This document shows positions 25,296 to 34,764 of a DNA stretch of 46,868 nucleotides, piece after piece; position 1 is the first letter of the stretch, and every line of letters begins with the position of its first letter. Made by a program: the position numbers and the translations under genes. This DNA is from Candidatus Thorarchaeota archaeon (lineage in GTDB: Archaea; Asgardarchaeota; Thorarchaeia; Thorarchaeales; Thorarchaeaceae): positions 1 to 46,868 of the forward strand of contig JBHLQK010000001.1 in NCBI GenBank assembly GCA_048884925.1, in the 5' to 3' direction. Under the pieces are notes generated by a model. It saw nothing but the letters and a program-made list of their open reading frames with translations, made no database searches and was not told the DNA's origin.

Positions 25296-27260
25296 TCATC
25301 CTACCAAACGTCTTCTCAATAGGATTGGTACGCTAGCAAGAGAAACTGACACTCCTAGGCTGAGTACAATAATCGGGATTCCCACTCCTTGAGAGGCCAT
25401 TGCTTCTGTTTTGGTGATGATGATAGTGTGATACCCAGTAGAAGAATGTATGAATGTGGATTCTTCTGTTTCATAATAGAGGCTATACACACCTGATGCT
25501 AGGGGAATGCGAAGTCCCAATTCGACAATGCCAAACTCTTGACTGATTGCAAAGCTTCTGTAATTTAGCCATTCATAGTGTAGCTTCACACTTTCTAGGG
25601 GAGTACCATTTAATGCTATGATAGACAATCGAACTGCAATTTCTTGGATGGCTGTAGAAACGGAATAGCTAACAAGTTTCACACTCACTGGTATTATCCT
25701 GCTAACAATAATTTCATATTCTAAACATATTGGCAACTCGTATTCCAATATGCTGCCGTTGTAGCTTATGATCAATAAGTAAGAGCCCTCCATTGATGGA
25801 AGTCCGAATGTTTCCTCTGCAACACCATTGTTGTTTGTTACCGAACTAGTCACTAGATAATCTCCAATTTGCCATTCAATTAGTCGGTCTGGCATCTGAA
25901 TTCCACTTGCATTGAGCTGAATTTGGAATGTCACATCTTGGGAAGGCGAGGCATATCCAAGTATGCTCTTATAAAGCATGAAAAGATGTGGTTTGCACCA
26001 AACTGTCACTAAGATTGTTCTTGTTGTGTTTGTCAGAAAAGAGTTCTCTGAAGCCATAATCCGCAGATTTCTGGGTCCAAGAGAACCAGTGAAGGTCATA
26101 TGAGAGATGGCAGTAGTCTGTCCAAGAGAAAAGGAGATTAAATGTGACTCTTGAGTTAGTTCATCGAGTATTGTAATGACAGCATTTGGAATCGGTCTCT
26201 GGAAGAGATCATGGAGTACTACATGTACTTCCGTTTCAACTCCTGTTTGAACAGAATCAGGAAACGCGACATGAATTAATGCAGGACTTATCACGGCTAG
26301 CTCAAGTTCAAGGTATGAAGATGCATAGCGAAAGGATCCTGCATAGTCTATCTTTAGAGTGTGCGTCCCGAGTACATACCGGGAGTCAATTTCTAGAATC
26401 AGATTAACTAGACCATTTCCGTCACTCACAGGTGCATCTATCAGGCTTTCATCAATGAATACGAGAAGTGATGCATTAGAATGATTTTCACCCTCGGCTT
26501 GAATTATAATCTGCATGGAGAAGGAATCATTCAAATGAACTTCGGAGTCGTAGGAGCCCAGAATTTCAAGAGATGTTGTAATGCGATGAACATTGACTGC
26601 TATAAAACTCGCTGAACTGTTAAGAAAGCGTCCCAAGTCTTGGTCAAATGTCACTCTTAATGTGTTTTCACCAATTGTACACCACGAAATATTACAGTTT
26701 ATGATAAAAGTTGCATAGCCGCTGGCATTAGTTGAACCAACTGATAGAAGAGTGCTATCACTATAAACAGCTATTGAAGCACCAACAATGGAAACATTAT
26801 GATCATCTACAATCTTAGCTGTTAGAGTAATCTCATCATCTGGATGAATTGCGTACTCATCAACTTGGACCTCAATAGATGTTCGAGAAACAACGATAAC
26901 AGATAACCATTGATAAGAAGGGGATAAAGAAAGAGAGATATTACCTTCGAAAGTCACATTTAGTAAGGATATACCTAAGGGATGATTAATCGAAACATTC
27001 CATTGCACCATTGCATAGCCGTTAGAGTCTGTAATTGCAGACCCTATGAAAGCATCCTGAGTCTGATCATAGAAAAGAAGAGGCTGGTTCAGTACCGGAT
27101 CTCCAAAGGTGCCGTTCTGAAGGAGCCTTGCAGTGATAGGTATCAATTCTCCTCGTATTACGACAGGAATTTCCTCAGCAGATGCAAAGTCTGTAGTTGT
27201 GCTAGATATGAAGAACAGTGCCATGAACATTATGACTAATCCGGTGCAGACTCGCTTCAA
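25296..27260 (-). CDS. surface glycoprotein with Ig-like/Big-like repeats, signal peptide and C-terminal TM anchor
   Basis: TTG start. Signal peptide MKRVCTGLVIMFMALFFISSTTTDFASA. Repeats of the form P(I/L).NA.(I/V)...TDSNGYA. About 15 N-x-S/T sequons by eye. C-terminal GVGIPIIVLSLGVSVSLASVPILLRRRLVG. Confidence 0.7.
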   Translation of the reverse strand: MKRVCTGLVIMFMALFFISSTTTDFASAEEIPVVIRGELIPITARLLQNGTFGDPVLNQPLLFYDQTQDAFIGSAITDSNGYAMVQWNVSINHPLGISLLNVTFEGNISLSLSPSYQWLSVIVVSRTSIEVQVDEYAIHPDDEITLTAKIVDDHNVSIVGASIAVYSDSTLLSVGSTNASGYATFIINCNISWCTIGENTLRVTFDQDLGRFLNSSASFIAVNVHRITTSLEILGSYDSEVHLNDSFSMQIIIQAEGENHSNASLLVFIDESLIDAPVSDGNGLVNLILEIDSRYVLGTHTLKIDYAGSFRYASSYLELELAVISPALIHVAFPDSVQTGVETEVHVVLHDLFQRPIPNAVITILDELTQESHLISFSLGQTTAISHMTFTGSLGPRNLRIMASENSFLTNTTRTILVTVWCKPHLFMLYKSILGYASPSQDVTFQIQLNASGIQMPDRLIEWQIGDYLVTSSVTNNNGVAEETFGLPSMEGSYLLIISYNGSILEYELPICLEYEIIVSRIIPVSVKLVSYSVSTAIQEIAVRLSIIALNGTPLESVKLHYEWLNYRSFAISQEFGIVELGLRIPLASGVYSLYYETEESTFIHSSTGYHTIIITKTEAMASQGVGIPIIVLSLGVSVSLASVPILLRRRLVG

Positions 27261-27489
27261 ATACAGTCACCTCATGATGTAGCATTGGGACTATTCTCTG
27301 TAATGATTATACAGAAACGTCATGCATAATCAATTCTGAGTTCTCTCATGAGTCTGCATTCTTGTTTTTAATCTCCTATCGAATAGCCAGATTCTGGGGG
27401 AGTTCATATGCAATTGTAAATCATCAAGGGTGGACTGTGGTGTCATTAGAGGCATTCACAGAGTTCTGACTCCAAACGGGTGATGATGC

Positions 27490-30400
27490 ATGTCCAGCCA
27501 TGTATTGAGCGAGAGAGGCCGATTTAGAGTACCACCCAGAAAGAACAATCTGAGGTTATGGAAATGGATTGAGTTGGGGTGGCTGTTTGGTATTGCTGTC
27601 ATGTTGATTTACTTTGTAGTAGTCTACCTACTTCCACTATTAGGACTAATTGGTCCAGTTTCAATTCCTTCCAAGCTAATCATCGAAATAGTAATTTCAA
27701 TATACCCGGTCTTGATGAGCGGGCTCGTGGCTCGGGGGAAGCTTACTTCCGATGAGGTGTTGAAAGCTGTCCTAGATGATGACTTAGTATCAATACGTAT
27801 AGGAGATTATGTAGTTGCAACATGCTGTCTTGAAATCATCTCTGCTCCTGGATCAGTGCTCGTTGCTAGAAACGACCGACCAGAGTATGCAACTGCATTC
27901 CTTCTTGCTCTTCGTGCAGGAATGGGTGAAAGAGTCAGTATGGCATACGAAGTGGGTGTATTTGGTGGTGAAGCGTTTCTACGGATTTTTATAACTGGGT
28001 CAGGTAGGAATATGGAAGAGGTAGGAGGCACTCTTAGGCGTGAAGCAACCCGAACTGAGGCTATTCTGCTTTCCTCTCTAAATAACGTGGAACTCCATCA
28101 GCTAACAGGGGAAAATTTGAGAGATGCTGTTTCTGGGATTCTCTCAATTGACTTGGAAGGTGGTTCAAAACAATCGTCTGAAGAAATGCATACTGGATTA
28201 TTACTGATTACTGGAGAACCGCGTGTAGAGCCTAGTCTGGAGAGTTCTCAAATTGGGACGTTCATCTCTACTTCGCTTCGCCAGGGATACAATGTGAGTT
28301 TCACATGTGTATTTTCAAAGTCAAAGCCTGGACGTGAACAGAGAAGATTGGAGGGCCAATGGAAAACAATACGCGAGAAGGAAAAGAAGAATGAAGACTC
28401 CTTGGCAGACCAATCAGAAAAAAAGAAGCTGCTGCGTGATTATGAGGAGATACAGGGAAATATCGGCTGGTTTGATTCCTCAGTTTCTCTTGCCATAAGA
28501 GCAGACAGTCGTGGTCAGCTCTCAAGCATTCAAGAAGGTGTATCTGGGATTGTTCATTCAATATGGGGAGGAGAAGGCAATCTCACCTTGAAAAAGAAAG
28601 ATATTGGAAGGAGTGTGATCTACAAACTCCTTCTTAGACGCCACATTGTATCACGGAAAATTCATGTCAGTAGATTGGTAGCTTTCTTGAATACACCAGT
28701 TCAGCAGTTACCAGTTATTGCTGCACCGCCTGTGCCTACGTTTTCCATACCATCAAGAGAAATTGTGAATAACGAGCTCATAATCGGAAAGGCTGTCTTT
28801 GGAGGCAGCCGTCTGAATGATGTTGGTCTCAGACCTGAATGGCTCCGAGAACATATTGCAGTGTTGGGAGCCACCGGTACAGGCAAGACTACTCTTGTGA
28901 AGCATCTCATTGCCGAACTGAGTATAAAGTCAAATGTTCCATGGTGGATATTTGATGTAAAGGGATCTGAATACCATGAATTGGTGAACCTATGTGATGA
29001 GGTTCTTCTGCTGAGGCCTGGGGTGGACCAATCGTTCATAATTGATTTTATGGACCCAGAGATTGATTCTGGCGAAAGGCATGCACATTCAACCTTTAAA
29101 ATCCTGAAAGAACTGCTTAACGAAAGAGGGGTATCTTCAGAGCTTTCACCTGCCATGGAAAAGCTTCTTCGTGAGGCGGTTTCAGAGGTCGCACGTACTT
29201 CAGACAGGGGCAATTCAATTCAAGCACTTATTCATGCAGTATCAGAACTTGCAGGAAAAGACCGTACTGGTATTATGACCAAGGATGCGCTCCTTAATCG
29301 TCTGGAGATACTTTCACAAGAACCGCTTGGGACTATTCTGAGTGGTGGTCAAGAAGCCATAAGGATTTCAAATCTTATGGACAGACGAGTCATTCTGGAT
29401 TTGCAGTATGTTGCTAGAACAGGAGGAATGGAAGCAGCTCGTTTACTCTATAATCTCATTGCAAAACGTATCTTTGATTGTGCACTGAACCGAGGTATAA
29501 AACTCGGGCTTCATCATCTAGTGGTACTCGAGGAGGCTAGTAATCTTGTACCTGAGAGTTATACTAGGCACACAGCTGCAGATGTCACAACCGGAGAATC
29601 TATGGTGATGCTCCAAAGAGCCACTGGACAAGGTGTTATCGTAATATCAACTCGACCGAATGTGTCTTCAAACATTTTGGCAAACACTGCTACGAAGATT
29701 ACTTTCCGTCTTCCCTATGATAGCCCAATCGGGGCGAAATTCATGTCCCTTGACGAAAAACAAGAGCGTTATTTGAAGACACTAAAACGTGGAAGAGCGC
29801 TAATTGTTTTGCCCGGGACGGAACCGTTCGAGATTGCCACTTGGCCATTTGAGATAGCATCCATCTCAAAGATGCCAATTGAAGCTGTAACTCATGATAA
29901 GACTGCGATTGAAGCTGAATTGGAAGAAAGTCGAGAAGTTTCTCTTGAATATGATGTAGCTGTTCGGTCGGAAAGTAATAAGTCATCCAAGCCAGTAGGA
30001 GCAATGTATGACAGGCTAGGAGAGCTAGGATCGCATATTGTGGCCTTTCTTGCCACTAGGAGTATGGGAACTCAAGCTGAAATCCAAGGGATTTTGACAT
30101 CAATCGATCCTAGGATAGAAAGTGATGACATAAGTGAGGTAATTCGAGACTTGGTTTCCTTGGGAACGATTGAAAGAGAGGCACTGTCACTTGTGCCGGG
30201 TGATTTCATATTTACTCTGCCTGGTAGAGGACTTGATGCGGTAAGAACGGCAATTACTGACTATATTATCGAGAAGCTAGGACTGCTTGATATCACGTGG
30301 GAACGTAATTTAGATGGAGGACCTGATATAATTCTTGATGATAGAGCCCTTTTGATACTCCCTCAGCATCTCAAAGCATCATCAATGAAAACAACTCTAG

Positions 30401-31281
30401 CTAAAATTAGGAATTACATGGGCAAATTAGGAAATAATGTAATCGAGCTGATTGTGATTGTCAGAGGAAGTGTTGCAGCAGCTAAGCTTAGAGAAGTCAT
30501 GGATGAAACAAACGAGTTTGATGCAGTTAGCATAGTTTCAGCATTTCCAAGTTCACTGAATACAATGATTGAGAGCTTAGCAACGGGCACATCAACAAAT
30601 GTGGACTTGACAACTGACGATGATATGAATAGAGATGAAGAACAAGGAATCAAGCTCATTGGTGCCATGCACGACGTTGGGACTGCAACTAACCGTGCTA
30701 TACAGATGCGACTATGGTTTCAGCTGATTCAGGATTTCGTGGATTTATCCAATGGTAGAATCGAATGGAATGTCTTGCTAGAGTTCATCGAAACGACGGC
30801 TCTACAGTCACTCAAGGGTAAAACTACTCCAATGAGTGCTGAAGAGGGGAAACGTGCATTGACAGAACTTCTAGCTGATGAAGTCCTGATGGCACTTCGT
30901 GTTGGGAATGATTTTGATTTCATCGATTTGAACGAAGGACTCTGGATTGTGAACTCAGGCGAACTGGGAAAACTAAAGGATTCGGCTGTTGATGCTCTGG
31001 AGAAAGAGCTACGAAAGCAACAGAGTCCGGTTTCCCGCAATCATGGTTATTATGACCTTTGCACAAATGGTGTTTCGTATGTTGTATTTCCAAATCAGCA
31101 GCAGCTAAATACGTTACTCCATCTTCAGAATGAAATTGCATGCAGAACATGTAAGTCAGGACGGGTTGTCTGTGTGTTGACAGCGGCCGAGTATCTTGAG
31201 GATAGTGTAATCATGCCGGAAAACATCCTTCTTTATGACTTCTCAGAGTATGTTTCTGTGGCTAGTACAGCAGGACATTAA
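27490..31281 (+). CDS. 1263-aa membrane-anchored FtsK-HerA-superfamily ATPase (HerA/VirB4-like core) with winged-helix-containing C-terminal extension
   Basis: Two to three N-terminal TM helices (residues about 25-80). Walker A VLGATGTGKTT (DNA about 28861-28893), Walker B HHLVVLEEASNLVPE (about 29515-29560), and an STRP...ITFRL arginine-finger region as in HerA/DUF87. The C-terminal roughly 470 aa includes IVAFLATRSMGTQAEIQGIL...LVSLGTIERE (wH-like). Confidence 0.75.
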   Translation: MSSHVLSERGRFRVPPRKNNLRLWKWIELGWLFGIAVMLIYFVVVYLLPLLGLIGPVSIPSKLIIEIVISIYPVLMSGLVARGKLTSDEVLKAVLDDDLVSIRIGDYVVATCCLEIISAPGSVLVARNDRPEYATAFLLALRAGMGERVSMAYEVGVFGGEAFLRIFITGSGRNMEEVGGTLRREATRTEAILLSSLNNVELHQLTGENLRDAVSGILSIDLEGGSKQSSEEMHTGLLLITGEPRVEPSLESSQIGTFISTSLRQGYNVSFTCVFSKSKPGREQRRLEGQWKTIREKEKKNEDSLADQSEKKKLLRDYEEIQGNIGWFDSSVSLAIRADSRGQLSSIQEGVSGIVHSIWGGEGNLTLKKKDIGRSVIYKLLLRRHIVSRKIHVSRLVAFLNTPVQQLPVIAAPPVPTFSIPSREIVNNELIIGKAVFGGSRLNDVGLRPEWLREHIAVLGATGTGKTTLVKHLIAELSIKSNVPWWIFDVKGSEYHELVNLCDEVLLLRPGVDQSFIIDFMDPEIDSGERHAHSTFKILKELLNERGVSSELSPAMEKLLREAVSEVARTSDRGNSIQALIHAVSELAGKDRTGIMTKDALLNRLEILSQEPLGTILSGGQEAIRISNLMDRRVILDLQYVARTGGMEAARLLYNLIAKRIFDCALNRGIKLGLHHLVVLEEASNLVPESYTRHTAADVTTGESMVMLQRATGQGVIVISTRPNVSSNILANTATKITFRLPYDSPIGAKFMSLDEKQERYLKTLKRGRALIVLPGTEPFEIATWPFEIASISKMPIEAVTHDKTAIEAELEESREVSLEYDVAVRSESNKSSKPVGAMYDRLGELGSHIVAFLATRSMGTQAEIQGILTSIDPRIESDDISEVIRDLVSLGTIEREALSLVPGDFIFTLPGRGLDAVRTAITDYIIEKLGLLDITWERNLDGGPDIILDDRALLILPQHLKASSMKTTLAKIRNYMGKLGNNVIELIVIVRGSVAAAKLREVMDETNEFDAVSIVSAFPSSLNTMIESLATGTSTNVDLTTDDDMNRDEEQGIKLIGAMHDVGTATNRAIQMRLWFQLIQDFVDLSNGRIEWNVLLEFIETTALQSLKGKTTPMSAEEGKRALTELLADEVLMALRVGNDFDFIDLNEGLWIVNSGELGKLKDSAVDALEKELRKQQSPVSRNHGYYDLCTNGVSYVVFPNQQQLNTLLHLQNEIACRTCKSGRVVCVLTAAEYLEDSVIMPENILLYDFSEYVSVASTAGH

Positions 31282-31290
31282 ACACTCAAT

Positions 31291-32094
31291 TTAGAAGCGG
31301 ATTATTGTGCATGGTGGAGTTTTTCCTGAAAGCAATGCAGAAAGTCGGCCGGGCACCCCAAGATTGAAGATTGCTATATCGATGTCAAGATTTGCTAACG
31401 TGAAGATATCTGCAAGCTTCTTTTCCATCCCGCCCGTAACATCGGTAGCAGATGATGGTCCTGCTTTGCTGAGAACAGAATCAATGTTTGAAGTATCGAT
31501 TATCTCAATATGAACAGCCTTAGGATTGGTTTTGGGATCTTCCTCAAAAATTCCGTCCACATCTGTTCCAATGTAGAGAGAAGCGGCATTCATTACCTTT
31601 GCAAGATAGACAGCGATTGTATCACCGCTGAGAATTGATGCACCAAGGGATTCATCAAAACAGACGTCTCCATGTGTGATAACAGTGAAACCAGATTGAA
31701 TTGTCTGCTGGATGGTTGATGTTTGAAAGCTGACAATCTTTTTGTTATTCAGATTCACCATAAGAAAAGGTGATAATACTACTCCATGAACCCCCGCTTC
31801 GTTCAAGGCTTCTTCTACAGCAAGTGAGAGGACAGACATATTGTGACGTATTGAAGGAACTCCTCGGACTAATTGGTCAGTTGGAGTTGAAAGAGTACCA
31901 AAGCCATATTTATGAGCCGCTTGATGTCCATATGCCCCACCCCCTAGGATTACTATAAGCGATTCTCTTGAGGCCTTCAGTTCTTGGGCTATACGAAGTA
32001 GATTCTCTTGATTGACCGTGGGTGGGGACGAACCTTTATGGGTTATCACAGATCCTCCCAGTTTCACAATTGTGAGCCTCTTCACATCCAACAC
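31291..32094 (-). CDS. isopentenyl phosphate kinase (amino-acid-kinase fold)
   Basis: [12 protein letters not shown] and [16 protein letters not shown] motifs typical of archaeal IPK. GTG start. Confidence 0.8.
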   Translation of the reverse strand: MLDVKRLTIVKLGGSVITHKGSSPPTVNQENLLRIAQELKASRESLIVILGGGAYGHQAAHKYGFGTLSTPTDQLVRGVPSIRHNMSVLSLAVEEALNEAGVHGVVLSPFLMVNLNNKKIVSFQTSTIQQTIQSGFTVITHGDVCFDESLGASILSGDTIAVYLAKVMNAASLYIGTDVDGIFEEDPKTNPKAVHIEIIDTSNIDSVLSKAGPSSATDVTGGMEKKLADIFTLANLDIDIAIFNLGVPGRLSALLSGKTPPCTIIRF

Positions 32095-32147
32095 TCATCT
32101 CGTTTGGACGGGTTCACACTTATGGACATTGTTATCTTAGATTGCAG

Positions 32148-32159
32148 GAACACGTGTTC
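32148..32159. promoter_or_regulatory. perfect palindrome GAACACGTGTTC, copy 2 (14 bp with its G/C flanks, 32147-32160)
   Basis: Exact match, in the divergent IPK / S10 intergenic region. Confidence 0.7.
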
Positions 32160-32181
32160 CAAGTCACTCCACAAGACAACC

Positions 32182-32189
32182 TTTTTATC
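32182..32189 (+). promoter_or_regulatory. TATA-like box (TTTTTATC) for rps10
   Basis: 22 nt downstream of the palindrome and about 52 nt upstream of the S10 ATG. Confidence 0.3.
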
Positions 32190-32240
32190 CGAATGAAATT
32201 CCGTTGCGTCATCCACCTCGTAGACGAGGCTGAACCTATA

Positions 32241-32552
32241 ATGACCCAGAAAGCACGAATTCGACTGTCAAGTACGAGTACGGAACACTTGGACGGTGTC
32301 TGTAATCAAATTAGACGAATAACTCGTAAGACAGGAGTCCGTATGTCTGGTCCAATTCCGTTGCCAACCCGAAGAATGGTCATTCCTACACGAAAGACTC
32401 CATGTGGGCAAGGATCTGAATCATGGGACAAGTGGGAAATGAGGGTTCATAAACGGCTGATCGATATTGATGCAGATGAGCGTGCGATTCGTCAAATAAT
32501 GCGAGTGCGTATTCCTGACTCTGTCTATATAGAGATTGAACTCACAGGCTAG
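32241..32552 (+). CDS. rps10: 30S ribosomal protein S10 (uS10)
   Basis: [11 protein letters not shown]...[40 protein letters not shown] is a clear uS10 sequence. I prefer the ATG at 32241 over the start at 32142. Confidence 0.9.
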   Translation: MTQKARIRLSSTSTEHLDGVCNQIRRITRKTGVRMSGPIPLPTRRMVIPTRKTPCGQGSESWDKWEMRVHKRLIDIDADERAIRQIMRVRIPDSVYIEIELTG

Positions 32553-32632
32553 ACCGCTTATTGTCATCTACACAACCCTTTTTGGTGGATAGTGATTGTT
32601 GTTTATCCATAGTGAGCACGAGGACCTTGTAG

Positions 32633-34456
32633 ATGTGTGGTATAATTGGTGTCGTTCAGAAACGTGGTCAAGTAGCCCCATTTCTACACCAGGCATTGAA
32701 ACGTCTTGAATATCGAGGATACGACTCTGTAGGCGTAACAACTATCGCGAACGATATGTTGTACATGAAAAAAGACAAGGGCAAGATTGAGGAGGTCCAT
32801 ATGAAACTCAATCTTGATGAGATGCCTGGTTCTATTGGAATTGGACATACCCGATGGGCAACTCATGGAATACCATCAATGTACAACTCACATCCACACT
32901 TTGACTGCAACAACAAGATTGCAGTGGTCCATAATGGCGTAATTGACAACTTCCTCGAACTTAGAAAAGAGCTTGCTGCGAAAGGACACAAGTTTGGCTC
33001 TGAAACTGACACAGAAGTCATTCCTCATATGATTGAAGATTACATGGCTGATGGCATGAATCTTACCGAAGCTGTCACAGAGATTACCAAGAAGATTGAA
33101 GGTACGTATGCAATAGTTGCCATGACAACAAAAGAATATGGTAAGATTGTCTGTACACGAGATGGGAACCCTTTGGTGCTTGGAAGAAAAGAAGACACCA
33201 CCTATGTGTCATCAGATATCCCTGCGTTCTTACCAATGACTAATGATATGATTCTGCTTCTTGATGGTGAAGTTGCAACACTTACGACTGACGGTGTTGA
33301 AATTCGAAAGCTTTTGGATGACACTGTTGTGGAGAGAGAAACCATTGAGATTAGTTGGACTGCAGACCAAGCACAGAAGGGTGGATTCCCTCATTTCATG
33401 TTGAAAGAAATACATGAACAACCAGATGCAATTAGAAATACTCTTCATTTGAGACCAGAGGTGTTGCAGAAAGCTGCTCAATTGATTCATGAGAGTAGGA
33501 ACGTCTACTTCCTAGCAATGGGTACATCTGGTCATGCGGCTATAGCTGGAAGACATATGTTTGCTTCACTAGGCGGGATTTTGCCTAGATTTGAGCTTGC
33601 CAGCGAATTTCCTGATACTGTATACAATGCCCTGTCTGAGAATGACTGTATTGTAGCCATCACTCAATCGGGCGAAACAACGGATACTATAATGGCTGTC
33701 AAATATGCTAAAGGCTTTCGTACCAAAGTGATAGCCATCACGAATGTTGTAGGAAGCTCAATAACACGTTTCGCTGATCACACAATAATTACCCAAGCAG
33801 GTCCTGAGATTGGAGTTGCAGCCACTAAGACGTTCATGGTTCAGCTTACATCATTAGCCCAAATTGCCTTGGCGCTCGGTGAACTGACTGGCAGCTCAAA
33901 TCAAAAAGACCTGAAGAAGAAACGAGAAAAACTTGAAGAACTTCCAGAAATTATCTCAGAAGTCATCTCGAGAAATGAAGAACAGGCTAGACGCCTTGCC
34001 GGTTTCTTCTATAATAGTCCAAGTCTTCTATTCTTGGGAAGGGGTATCTCTCAGGCTACAGCGGAGGAAGGAGCACTCAAACTCAAGGAAATATCCTACA
34101 ACCATGCTGAAGCCTATTCAGCTGGACAGTCGAAGCATGGACCTATAGCACTGGTTCATGATGGATACCCTGTGATTTTTGTTGCTCCAAGAGATGAAAC
34201 CCGAAACCGAATTATTGGGAATATTATGGAAATGAAAGCAAGAGGGGCTTCAATAATATCAGTTATTGAAAAGGGAGACAAGGAATTGGAGGAACTATCT
34301 GACCACTTGTTCATTATTCCCAAAGGAATTGAATCAGAATTCTCGGTTATGCCATATGTTGTGCCACTCCAGCTCTTCAGTTATTACATGGCTCGAAGAA
34401 AGGGATATGATCCTGACAAGCCTCGAAATCTAGCTAAATCAGTCACAGTTCTCTGA
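32633..34456 (+). CDS. glmS: glutamine--fructose-6-phosphate aminotransferase (isomerising)
   Basis: MCGIIG N-terminal nucleophile, two SIS domains, and a C-terminal KPRNLAKSVTV(L/E) tail. Confidence 0.95.
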   Translation: MCGIIGVVQKRGQVAPFLHQALKRLEYRGYDSVGVTTIANDMLYMKKDKGKIEEVHMKLNLDEMPGSIGIGHTRWATHGIPSMYNSHPHFDCNNKIAVVHNGVIDNFLELRKELAAKGHKFGSETDTEVIPHMIEDYMADGMNLTEAVTEITKKIEGTYAIVAMTTKEYGKIVCTRDGNPLVLGRKEDTTYVSSDIPAFLPMTNDMILLLDGEVATLTTDGVEIRKLLDDTVVERETIEISWTADQAQKGGFPHFMLKEIHEQPDAIRNTLHLRPEVLQKAAQLIHESRNVYFLAMGTSGHAAIAGRHMFASLGGILPRFELASEFPDTVYNALSENDCIVAITQSGETTDTIMAVKYAKGFRTKVIAITNVVGSSITRFADHTIITQAGPEIGVAATKTFMVQLTSLAQIALALGELTGSSNQKDLKKKREKLEELPEIISEVISRNEEQARRLAGFFYNSPSLLFLGRGISQATAEEGALKLKEISYNHAEAYSAGQSKHGPIALVHDGYPVIFVAPRDETRNRIIGNIMEMKARGASIISVIEKGDKELEELSDHLFIIPKGIESEFSVMPYVVPLQLFSYYMARRKGYDPDKPRNLAKSVTVL

Positions 34457-34501
34457 GGACCTTAAATCCCTATTAATGAGAATATTTAATGTGTGAAATC
34501 A

Positions 34502-34750
34502 ATGCCAGCAGTTCTACTTAGTCCGTTGGCTGACTTTGCCAGCCTGATAGCCGGGTATTTTGTGGAAATATGGGACTTTCTGATTTTCATAGGTGGAGTT
34601 TCAGCAGTGATTGTCGTCCTTGCGGGAGCAATTCTATGGTTCACAGAGATAAACTCGAAACGTGGTAAGGGTCTAGTGATGAGTGGAATACTTCTTGCAA
34701 TAATCGTACAATATTTTGTCACCTATCCTCCTGTCTTCGGAATTGGTTAG
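34502..34750 (+). CDS. small two-helix membrane protein (VirB2/TrbC-like hairpin topology, speculative)
   Basis: 82 aa. Two long hydrophobic helices (FLIFIGGVSAVIVVLAGAILWF and LVMSGILLAIIVQYFV) joined by the basic loop SKRGKG. The antisense track ORF 34486-34722 was rejected. Confidence 0.5.
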   Translation: MPAVLLSPLADFASLIAGYFVEIWDFLIFIGGVSAVIVVLAGAILWFTEINSKRGKGLVMSGILLAIIVQYFVTYPPVFGIG

Positions 34751-34764
34751 AGCTTGATGGGCAA

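Noticed and set aside
19310-31281. Reading the surface/ATPase block as an integrated mobile element or provirus, given the tRNA inside it and its accessory content.
   Set aside because: I could recognise no integrase, transposase, capsid or terminase genes, and no direct repeats matching the tRNA 3' end. Housekeeping-type genes (rpo8, TFB) are embedded in the block.
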